Part shown: positions 26,738 through 64,000 of the stretch, piece after piece | Layout: each line of letters opens with the position of its first letter | Numbering within the stretch: the first letter of the stretch is position 1 | From: Octopus vulgaris | Taxonomy: Eukaryota | NCBI GenBank assembly: GCA_951406725.2 | Contig: OX597814.1 | Location: 134,788,001-134,852,000 of the forward strand | Reading direction: 5' to 3' | Length of the DNA stretch: 64,000 nt | Notes under the pieces: generated by a model | What the model saw: the letters and a program-made list of their open reading frames with translations, nothing else | Databases searched by the model: none | Told to the model about the DNA's origin: nothing | Position numbers and translations under genes: made by a program

Positions 26738-27741
26738 TGTAACATATCTGATATCCTCACTGTTTGAGAGACACATTAGGAATTATCTTGTTTGAGATTA
26801 CAACCATCTTTGGCTAGTTTGACCTTGTTGTATCCACTGTTCTGATTGGTTGGCATTTGTCGCGGTTTGTCTCTCGACTTATTTCATGCCGATGTGTAAG
26901 CCAACCAATCACGGCCTTTGGATAAGGTCTTGTGACACTGTTTCTCTGATCCTTCATTTGAGCCTACCACAGGCTATAAAAAGGCCAGCATTCACTATTC
27001 CGAGTCTTTGGCTCTAGACCTTCTAAGGTCTAGTCACTGACCACAGAGCTACTCGGCCATGTTCCAGTTCAAGCGACAGATGATCAGCCATGCTCCTGCT
27101 TCAGCCACGATGACGCTAATGTACACCAGCAGCGTAGGACGTTCTCCATCTCCATCGTCATCCTTCAACTCTATGTCATCTCCAACTCTGTCGACTTCAG
27201 CAATATGTACACATCAACATCACCCAGGTCTAAACTCATGCTGTTGTGAATATTCACCAATGTAAAACAGTTGCAGTCTACCTGAAAGAACTTTCTGTAT
27301 CAAGAGACTCGGCACGGCATTGAGTGCCCCAACCGCTGCATGACAAGTGCCCCAACTAGCCTCTGCCTCGTGGCCACAACATCTTGTTATAGAACTTGCT
27401 ATCGTGTACCTCACTTATGAACTGGTAAATAAATTCCATCTTAACTCAATATGCTGTATTTCTGTTGTATATGCATTCACCTTTCTGTCACACACATGAA
27501 CACACAGACACAAACACCAACGCACACGCATTCAGACACAACACTTTGCTGGCACCCATACTTTATCTTTGTACACATTGTAAATAAAGTCTTCTATCTC
27601 AAACAGTAGAACTGTCGTCGTCCTTCATTTATTCCTTTTGGCACTGTATTTTATATCTTGTATTTGGCTTCTTTTTTTGTTAGGGACGTTAAAAAGGAGA
27701 CGTGTGTCATCAACTCCTTACGTACGGTCGTATTCCCTACA
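26738..27741 (+). mobile_element. Solo LTR (about 1 kb), Gypsy-like, 4-bp TSD
   Basis: TGTA...TACA termini with CAAT on both sides (26734-26737, 27742-27745). CCAAT boxes, TATAAAA near 26975 and AATAAA at about 27428 and 27583. Confidence 0.8.
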
Positions 27742-27926
27742 CAATTCTGAGAAGTAATGTTTATTGCCACTTAAACATAGCTGTTCTGTAGGAACCGATA
27801 CCACTGCTACTTTTAACCCCAGGAGAACACCTCCTCCAGCTGGTTATTCAATGCAATCTGCACCCAATATAAATTACAAGTGAGGGAGTGAACCCCTACC
27901 ACCTTACCAATCACGATTTATATATA

Positions 27927-28526
27927 TGTAAAGGTTGAGATTCTTATGTAAAGATGAAAGAACAGTGATTGAAGTTGTGAAGAAAATATTTATTTTTACC
28001 ATTACATTGATCTTATTGTAGTAATAAACAACAGAGAAAGATATGGTAATGTGCAGAGAAGAGAAAGTGAGTTTGTGAAAGTAAGAGAGTGTGGGATGTA
28101 ACAACTGCTTCGTTGGCGAGATACCATAGGTGTTCTCTTTGCCCTTTTCTTTTTGTGATGGCATTTTGTTTAGCCTGCCAACCAGACTCCATTCTCACCA
28201 ACTGACTGAGTTGTCACCAAGTGACTAACTGATTTTTGCTTGGGGTTCTTGCTTTTATAACTATCCAGAAGGATAGACATATCATTGAGAGCAATGGATT
28301 TAGTTGGTGGTACTTGTTATCTTAATTCTAGCTTTTGGTGGTCTAGGAGAGATTAGAAAGGTCAAGTGGTGAAGACATTATTTTGGCCAAGCTAAGGCAA
28401 TCTGGCAAATGTAAAACTGCTGTCACAGAAAAACTATTGTTCCACCGTGAGAAAAGTACTGTTGATCTGTTACTTGAAATTTGGTTATGGTGGATCAAAT
28501 CCACTTCATCCCTGCAATGATTCACT

Positions 28527-28529
<3 letters not shown>
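27927..28529 (-). mobile_element. Solo LTR (about 600 bp) inserted in TA/CA microsatellite
   Basis: Minus strand TGTAGTG...CTTTACA with TATAAAA and a downstream AATAAA. Its 5' 400 bp are mirrored in the palindrome. Confidence 0.7.
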
Positions 28530-28590
<61 letters not shown>

Positions 28591-28988
28591 AGTGAATCAT
28601 TGCAGGGATGAAGTGGATTTGATCCACCATAACCAAATTTCAAGTAACAGATCAACAGTACTTTTCTCACGGTGGAACAATAGTTTTTCTGTGACAGCAG
28701 TTTTACATTTGCCAGATTGCCTTAGCTTGGCCAAAATAATGTCTTCACCACTTGACCTTTCTAATCTCTCCTAGACCACCAAAAGCTAGAATTAAGATAA
28801 CAAGTACCACCAACTAAATCCATTGCTCTCAATGATATGTCTATCCTTCTGGATAGTTATAAAAGCAAGAACCCCAAGCAAAAATCAGTTAGTCACTTGG
28901 TGACAACTCAGTCAGTTGGTGAGAATGGAGTCTGGTTGGCAGGCTAAACAAAATGCCATCACAAAAAGAAAAGGGCAAAGAGAACACC
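28129..28988. repeat. Perfect 860-bp palindrome (2 x 430 bp, no spacer)
   Basis: Identical ORFs 28343-28636(-) and 28481-28774(+). Arms read as exact reverse complements. Centre is (CA)n(TA)n(TG)n at 28558/28559. Confidence 0.97.
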
Positions 28989-28994
28989 ATACCA

Positions 28995-29240
28995 AGGCGG
29001 CGAGCTGGTAGAAAGGCGGCGAGCTGGTAGAAACGTTAGCACGCCGGGCGAAATTCGTAGCCGTATTTCGTCTGTCGTTACGTTCCGAGTTCAAATTCCG
29101 CCGAGGTCGACTTTGCCTTTCATCCTTTCGGGGTCGATAAATTAAGTACCAGTTACGCACTGGGGTCGATGTAGTCGACTTAATCCCTTTGTCTGTCCTT
29201 GTTTGTCCCCTCTGTGTTTAGCCCCTTGTGGGTAGTAAAG

Positions 29241-29245
<5 letters not shown>
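28995..29245 (+). mobile_element. tRNA-derived SINE with duplicated 5' head
   Basis: AAGGCGGCGAGCTGGTAGA twice, B-box GAGTTCAAATTCC, (TA)n tail. Older copies at 49931-50150 (+) and 16710-16925 (-). Confidence 0.88.
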
Positions 29246-29283
<38 letters not shown>

Positions 29284-29719
29284 AGAGATAATGGTGTCAT
29301 TGAGACCCAAAGGTGTCAGGTAATACTGCATAAATGCTATAGACAGACCTTAGTTAAGTTCCAGATTCGGTAACATTGCGAATAAATGGTTCAATGTCAG
29401 CGTGTGTATATAAGAATTTTTGCGTAATAAGATAAAAAACCAAGGGTGTATAGATATTAGAGCATTTATAGATAGGTCTTACAGCTGTTTCTAGGATATT
29501 AATAATATCCCTTCATCGGAGATGGTGTGAGAGGAAAAATTAAGTCATACTTAGTTTCAATGTGATACAAAATAGAGAGTGGTATACCACTATGCCTATA
29601 AAACGGATTTACAAATTCAATACCCATACATATCTTACATCTATTTTCTTTCCTCCACTTCACTCTCTATTTTGTATCACATCGAAGCTAACTATGACTT
29701 AATTTTTCCTCTCACACCA

Positions 29720-29769
29720 TCTCCGATGAAGGGATATTATTAATTAATATCCTAGAAACAGCTGTAAGA
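29720..29769 (+). ncRNA. Minimal type I hammerhead-ribozyme-like motif (mirror copy 29477-29522, -)
   Basis: UCU-CCGAUGA-stem II (GGAUAUU/AAUAUCC)-GAAAC-AGCU-GUA^AGA, with palindromic stem III and a 3-bp stem I. The core has U4C and a non-canonical stem II base. Confidence 0.55.
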
Positions 29770-29782
29770 CCATCTATCTATA

Positions 29783-30270
29783 TAATAATAATAATAATAA
29801 ACATTGTGTACAGTGCTCAGGTGCACTACAACTCATCGAAAGTGTATATATAATCAGGTGTAGTTTCGACGGATTTCAGAAAGCATGAGGGCCTTAAAGG
29901 ATGCAGTGTCATGGCAGTCAACAACTGATGCAGGCAGTTTATTCCATGCTTCAGCAACTCTGAGTGTGAAGAAATGTTTCCGAAAGTCATGGGAGCTGTG
30001 TTGTTTTCTGACTTTGTAGGCATGTCCACGTGTGTTAGACACATGGAGATCAAAAAGGTGTTCAGTGTTGTTATTGGTGAGGTGGTTGACAACTTTGTGG
30101 GCGTTTACCAAGTCCGTCGCTTCAGTGAATCCATGCCCAGGGAAACAAGGCGCTCAGAATATGGTAGGTGTCTGATGGAGGGTATGCGTTTTGTTTCACG
30201 TCTCTGAACAGATTCCAGGAGGTCAATGTTCTGAGCAAGATAGGGGTTCCAAACTGATGATGCGAATTCC
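29783..30270 (-). mobile_element. CR1/L2-group LINE 3' fragment (same family as 23036-24100)
   Basis: ORF 29854-30111 is nearly identical to the end of 23029-23994. (ATT)n tail. Confidence 0.92.
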
Positions 30271-30349
30271 ATACAGCCTTGGTTTTTTTATCTTATTATG
30301 CAAAAAATTCTTATATATATATATATGTATGTATGTATATATATATATA

Positions 30350-30662
30350 TATCCTCTTTGGTCATGAATGATATGGGATTGCACCTAGACAGTTCCTCTC
30401 CGAAGCACAAGTCTGTTTTTGTGGAAGACCAACATTCATGCACACCAGCCTCCTCTTTCCATGCCACTGATGTTATCCAAGTGAAAGGCAAAGACCAATA
30501 CAGCTTTGCACTAGTGACATCACAATTCATTTCTACAGTTGAGTGAACTAGAGCAACGTGAAATAAAGTGTCTTGCTCAAGAACACAACACACATCCCGG
30601 TCCAGAAATCGCACTATCTCATGACTGAGCCCGACGCTCTAATTACTGAGCCATGTGCCTTC
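30350..30662 (-). mobile_element. tRNA-derived SINE
   Basis: Minus-strand head GAAGGCACATGGCTCAGTAATTAGAGCGTCGGGCTCAG...CGATTTCTGGACC. Confidence 0.75.
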
Positions 30663-30739
30663 ACACACAATGTAAATATGTTTTGGTCAAAGACTGGCCT
30701 AGGCCATGTATAACTTAATAGCACCACCTAATAGGATCA

Positions 30740-31470
30740 GTTAAGTCATTTTAAAGTAAAGTTTTGAGGTATCATGGCTCATTCCAGTAGGAAGTATTGA
30801 GATGTATCCAGGTATAAATGGTTTATATGATATCCCTTGAAAAAATTTGTCCAGGTTTCATTTGAAGGTGATAGGATCCTTTTTGTCTTCGATTTGTTTC
30901 AAGATAATGTTAAATAGAGCAAGGTCTGTTGAGGAAAAGAAATTATTGCAGTGAATTTAGGATTTGTGAGCCTGAACTGATTAGGGGGTGTATGACATAT
31001 GGCTTGAATGCATTCTGAATCAAATGTTAAGGTCTTTTAGGCAATACTGATGATATATTCTCCACATTGTTCAAATGATGTAGTGCTCATGATGGTGTTA
31101 GAGAGAATAAAGTTTCAATATTTTAAGGTGGTCCCAATAATCAAGATCAGTTATGCCTTTTATTTTTTATGTGATTACTTTCTGGCGTGACTCAATTATT
31201 GTAATATTTTGTTTCATGTGGGGAGACTACAAGGGGCAGATGTGGTTGTACAAAGGAGAAAAGGGGAATGACCACATCTTGTCTTCTGGACTGGATATTT
31301 CTAAGGATCCAGCTCATCCTGCATACCATATTGATTTTATTGTTGATATGAGCACTCCAGTTGATATTGTTGTCAACAATTGCTCTTAAGTCCCAGTCAG
31401 AGTCAAATAACATTGTTTGATTCTCTCCTGTGTATATGTGAGGCTGCACATGTAATTGTTATATCTGATT
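30740..31470 (-). mobile_element. Old CR1-like LINE fragment
   Basis: ORF 31192-31449 DLRAIVDNNINWSAHI...WILR...FVQPHL. Confidence 0.65.
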
Positions 31471-31727
31471 GAGCACGAAACCACCTGATATAAGAATGGC
31501 GTCACTGAGTTAACGTTCCCTGTAAATATTGCATCCTGCCACTGTGGTGTTGAAGTTTAGTGAAATATAAATCTCTTACTTGAAAAGAGATTTGCAATAG
31601 GAAGAACATCTAGCTGTAAAATACTGCCTCAGATAAATATCCATTGAAGCATGAATAGAAAAATGGACATAAAACAAATTATATATATATATATATATAT
31701 GTGTGTGTATATATATATATATGATAC

Positions 31728-31829
31728 TTTGTTGCCAACTTTATGTGGCAGTCCCAGGATGTTTCCTGGGTCTAAATAGCAGGAGCATTCTTCCCTTTCC
31801 TAGGACTGCCACATTAAGTTGGCAACAAA
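31728..31829. repeat. Compact inverted repeat (32-bp arms)
   Basis: TTTGTTGCCAACTTTATGTGGCAGTCCCAGGA vs TCCTAGGACTGCCACATTAAGTTGGCAACAAA, 2 mismatches. Confidence 0.9.
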
Positions 31830-32769
31830 CCATTTTCATTTCAGTAGCAGGATCCTGTCTTCTTTCCTAGTAATCAAATACTTTAGTTTTTGCTAACTTT
31901 ACTTTCAACCTCTTGATTCAAGGTTTTGCTTCCACGTCTGGAACTTAAAAACTAAAATTCTAAGAGAAGGGACATTGAGAACTAACCCCTGATAGACTCC
32001 TAAAAGGATTCTAAAGTTGCAGCTTTACTCATTGACTGTACTTGTAGAACCCTTGCAAGCCATTCCTCTACTCCTAGCTTCCCCAGTGACTACAAGATTA
32101 AAGAGCAAAGGATCCTGTCATAGGCCTTCTCCAGGTTGATAAACGCTAGCTACAGTGGCTTATTTGTATGTGTATATATCTTTTATCCTTTTCTGTATAG
32201 ATGAAAAAAAAAAAGCACCCACAATACTTTTCAGCTTTCCTTCATTTCATTTTATGAATTATTTCCTATTTGGTGACACACTTTTTGTATGTAGTTTAGA
32301 CATTTTACTACTTTATTTTAAAACAAATGCAGCACTTGTGGACCATATTTAAATGCATTTGGATGGTGCTTCCAACTATCTGCTTTCTTGAAGGACTTTT
32401 GACAAGTATCTTTCCCATCTTCAAACACTGCAGACTGGGTGTTTATTGTAGCACAGCAAAAGAAGCTTTTACAAAGTTTGGGATCTTCTTTTGCTCCCTG
32501 CTCACTCCACCCTATTCACATGAACAAGAGAAAAGTAAAATGGATCAGATGTACTATAACAAAACTAAAATAGTTGATTTTTAGGTTCTTGTAATTTTCT
32601 TAAGGCACATGCTTTACTCATCACCAACCATCATGCTTCCAAGTAAACTGGAAATGCTTTCAGAGGATTGCAAACATTGTATGAATGCTTTCCAATCAAT
32701 GTGCACACACACACACATGTATGTATATGTAAGACATCCTTCTTCTAATTTCTATTGACTAAATTTCAC

Positions 32770-33647
32770 ATATACAGTATAAGGCTGGGCTATGAATGAG
32801 AGATGCTAGAGCTGTGAAATCTTGCATGCATTCATTTCAACACTTCTTATTAATAACTGCATTTTTTCTTTCTGACTCTTCAAAAACTTTAAAAGTAACT
32901 AGTAGTGATTTCACTTGAAAATCGACAAAATTTGACATGGTGAAGTTTTCTGCTCAGTGGGTGTCACATCTTTTGACACCTGATCAAAAGTGCACCAGGC
33001 TGATCACATCATGGGAAAATTTGACATCATCTGAGGCAAATCCAGCTGATTTTCTTGAACATTTCCTAAGCCAGGGTGAGTGTTAGCTTTATCACTTTGA
33101 GCCAGAGACAAAGAGACAGTCCATGCAGTGGAAACACTTCTCTTCACCTGATCCAAAGAAGAACAAGGTTATTTCATCTGCAAGGAAAGTGATGGTCTGT
33201 TTATTTTTTGGGATGAAAAAGGCAATGTGTTTATTGACTATCTTCAAGAGGTCCACACCATTAATGGAGAGTAATATGCCAACTTACTGAGGCAGTTATG
33301 AAAGGCTATCAAGATCAAATGCCCAGGAAAACTGACAAAAGGAGGTCTTGTTTCACCAGAGCAATGCTCCAGCATATTATATTAGTTGTTGGTTTCAATG
33401 GCTGCTGTGCATGACTGTAGCTTTGACAGCTTCCCCAGTCATCTGTTCCCTTACATGAAAAAACACTTGGCTGTTGACATTTTTGACTAACAGGATGAAT
33501 GCTTCTTTACCAATGGGATCCAAGCACTGCACCACCAATGGAAATGTGAGGACTGCAAGGGGGACTATGTTGAAAAGTAAACCTCATTTGATCACAATGC
33601 ATAAGAATATCTTATTCAGCCTATGAACTTTTCAGCTGACTCTCGTA
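32770..33647 (+). mobile_element. Mariner transposase fossil
   Basis: Translates to SAQWVSHLLTPDQK (WVPH.LT), HFEPETKRQSMQWKH and SARKVMV. Right TIR ...GAACTTTTCAGCTGACTCTCGTA. Confidence 0.82.
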
Positions 33648-35493
33648 CTGGTTAATAATTGGCTATAAGTAGAGGTAATCAACAGAACATCAATGCAGTG
33701 AGTAAAATCCAAACCATGTGGTTATAAAGTGGACTGGGTTGGAAATCAGAAAACATTACACATGTTCTTTTAACTGCAAGAAATTTGAAAATGCCCTGCT
33801 TTGTACAGCTAATATTTTTGCAAAACAATTAGAATGCCAAATACAATGCAAAGAGGATTCATATAATTACCAAATATACAATACTTGTCCATTAACAGAT
33901 AAGAATCATTGGCAATATACTTAAAAATATAGGTGCATGCCCAGCTACCTGGCACCTTGGACAAATGTGTTCTATAGCCTAGGTTTAACAATGTCTACGA
34001 GTGCAATTGGCAGACAAAAACTGCCTAGAAGCTTATTGTACATATAAGTGTGACACTATCATTTCCATGGATTTGTGTCATGTTTACATTCCTGGTTCTG
34101 TTTCAAAGTTTAGTAGAATAAAAAAAATAATCCTTAACATAAAAAACAGGTAAGATTGGTGACAGGAAGATCATTTGGCTATTAAATACTGCCTTAATTA
34201 AGTATCTGCTCAACCTATGCTAACACAGAAAAGCATGTATAAACAATTATATCAATAAATAATAAGAAACTTTTAAGGCAGCTGTAAGTAACAAATGTTT
34301 GGGAAACATTAAATATTCTCGATTTTCTTCTTTCGTAAGTTTTCAAAGTTTTTAAAACTATTTTGCTACTTGATGCAAAACTCATTGTTTTAGCACAAGA
34401 ACACAGATTTTAACAATGGAGCACACCAATTTAATTTATTCTAGCACATATTTTAGTAACCTCAGAATTATGACTGGCAAGGCAAAACTTGGTGAGATTT
34501 GATTCAGAACATATAAGAATGTAACTAAATACTGCAAGGTATTTTTTTTGTCTGGCACTATTCCAATTGTTACTTGTTGCATCATCCTTAAAAATACAAT
34601 CGATTCTCTCAGAAATTCCTAGTAATCATCTATGCCAATTAATGGTTCTAATTCTTGATCCACACACCAATTCTCTTTTTTGAGGAAAAGTATATTTTCA
34701 CAGAAGGTAGATCAGTCTCACGATTGTATTTATGAATTTCCTTTGTTCGCTAGCAATATTTCAATGTCTGTTGGCAAGTTAGAGTTTTCACTATAATGAC
34801 CTACGTGCCAACTTTCAGCACATTGATTTTCTCAAATAGAATAACAAAATAAAATTTTAAAATATTTGATTGGAGCAAAGGTTTTATTTACAGAAATCAA
34901 AACAAAGACATGCTAGCAGACAGTGAACAAATAAATTTAGTTACAAACTTGCTTTCAAAGACATCTTCAGCTAAAAATAACTAAAAAAAAATAAAATATA
35001 ACTTGAGGTATTTGACTTACATTAAAATTAAAAACAACTGGAATATTTTGTTTGGCATTTTGCTTTTAATTAATACTTAAGTAACTGAAATATAATTTGC
35101 ATTAATAAGAAAAATAGTTTGAACCCAAGCATTTATCTGATTAATCCAATCAATAAAGACATGATCACTTTATTTTTGCTGATATATGCAAGATGTAGTA
35201 ATGACAGCAGTATCAGGAATTTTCTTAAGGAAAGTTTGCTATCATTGAATAAATTAGAATTGAAAAAATTATGTATATAAACAATAATAATGGTAAAAAT
35301 CCGAAAGAAAATAAAAAGCAAAAACATTTCTAGTTTCAGATGAAATCATTTAAAAGCAAAAAAACACAAGATGATAAAGAACAAAGTTAATAAGTGATAT
35401 TAAAGGATATATATAAAGATTTCCTATAAATAGGAAAGTAAATTTTACTGTCTTCCATTTCCGTTAGCTAATAAAGAAAAAAATCTATATTAA

Positions 35494-62649
<27,156 letters not shown>

Positions 62650-63171
62650 CTGAAATATTTTGTAGAAAGAGAGAAAAAAAGCTTTAATAACAATGTTTTG
62701 AAATACAGATCAATAAATCTTTGACATTTCTACAATGCATATTATACAAGAGGCTACTTAACCAAGAAATATACTACATTGAAAAATATCTATTTCTGAC
62801 GAAAAAGAAAAGAAAAATGTAAAGAAACTGAAACTACACACTCCTAATCCATTTTTTCAGGAAGAGAAACATTTCATATTTCAAGAATTGCAGAACACCA
62901 TATCTGTTTTCAACTAACATTCATTCTAAACTGAACTTATTTATTGATATGCTGTGTTTAGAGGAATGAGCACAGAGCTTTAGCTATGACACAGGTGATG
63001 AACAGCCTGTGAGGAATTATTTTGTTCAAGTCTATATGTTGAATGAGACACTAGTAATTTAAGTGATATTTCAAATGTTGGCTGGAAGTATATTAGTACC
63101 TGTAACAAATGATATGATTTTATTGCTTGCCTTTATATTTTCCACAATTATTTGGATTAACACTTTCAATA

Positions 63172-63890
63172 TTAACCCAAAAATGTTTTGGCTCATAATA
63201 CCAACCCAGCCATAGCTGGCTAAGAGTACCCATTGTTATTTAAATGTGAATTTAAGCACAAATCTCGTTAGTACATTTGTGAAAACATGTGATTTCACTT
63301 CGTAAATAGTTGAGTTATAGTATCTGACATTGCTTGGCATGATATCTGAACTCAGTGAATTTTGGGAGATTTTTTTCCACATTTTTTCGGCATCTATTTT
63401 TTTTTTTAACTTTGAAAATGGATAGGAATTTCATGCTATCAAGCAGTGATTCTGAATTTAAAGGTTTTTCAAAGGAAAATATGGAGATATTGAGAAAAAG
63501 AATGAATGAGGTACAAAAGCACGTGGTGTATAAGAATGAAAAGGATATTTCTGTATCCGAAACCAAAAGCAGCGATTCTGAAGAAACTGAAAGCAGCAAT
63601 AGCGACAGCAAAGACAATTTTACATCGGAATGAAGTAAAAACTTTAAAAATGTTTTTATTAGCAATTTTTCTGAGGAGATGGGGATCTATCCATAGTCTT
63701 TCTTAAGAAACGAAACTGTTAGACTTTTATCCTTTTCAGTATGCTTGTTTGAAGTGATCACTGCGGAAACAAACTATTACGCAGAATATAAACAAACAGT
63801 ATATGCCAGGAAAGCCCATGAAATGGGGGATCAAAGTTTGGAAAATTTGTGAAGCAAATACTAGGTACTGCCCAGGATTTAGTTTTTATA
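63172..63890 (+). mobile_element. piggyBac transposon 5' fossil (transposase N-terminus)
   Basis: TTAACCC start. Acidic Ser-rich ORF 63355-63633 (SSSDSEFKGF...SSDSEETESS). Downstream EVITAETNYYA matches the PGBD I..ETN.YA motif. Confidence 0.65.
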
Positions 63891-63904
63891 CAGGGAAAAT
63901 AATA

Positions 63905-64000
63905 TAATAATAATAATAATAATGAAATTATTGTATACAGTGCTCAGGTGCACCACAACTTGTCAGAAAGTGCATATAAAGTACATGCAGTAATGTAAAA
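63905..64000 (-). mobile_element. 3' end of CR1/L2-group LINE (continues beyond window)
   Basis: (AAT)n followed by TGTATACAGTGCTCAGGTGCACCACAACT, as at 29805-29832. Confidence 0.75.

Larger units (their letters stand above)
29405..30318. mobile_element. Penelope-like inverted terminal repeat, right arm interrupted by a CR1 copy
   Basis: 29469-29581 is the reverse complement of 29661-29778, and 29405-29451 of 30271-30318. Both arms carry a CCGATGA...GAAACAGCTGTA hammerhead-like motif typical of PLE pLTRs. Confidence 0.7.

Noticed and set aside
28343-28774. Two identical 97-aa ORFs on opposite strands
   Set aside because: A by-product of the palindrome and microsatellite, not genes.

Overview
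AT-rich, intron-rich eukaryotic (metazoan) genomic DNA. The tRNA-SINE, RTE/CR1 LINE and TTAA-MITE repertoire suggests an octopus/cephalopod (inference). It holds three spliced genes: the last two coding exons of a rogdi homolog (+, joined by a GC-AG intron), a complete 4-coding-exon TIM22 (-, 183 aa), and 28 exons of SPT6 (-, 5' end outside the window, one apparent +1 frameshift in a T-run). The rest is TE debris: RTE and CR1-like LINEs, SINEs, mariner/maT and piggyBac fossils, solo LTRs and a Penelope-type inverted repeat with hammerhead-like motifs. Two features stand out. One is a two-unit cassette at 1155-1653 with 58-bp and 120-bp flanks identical at 177/178 positions around unrelated, self-hairpinning cores of about 60 bp. 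The other is a perfect 860-bp palindrome at 28129-28988.
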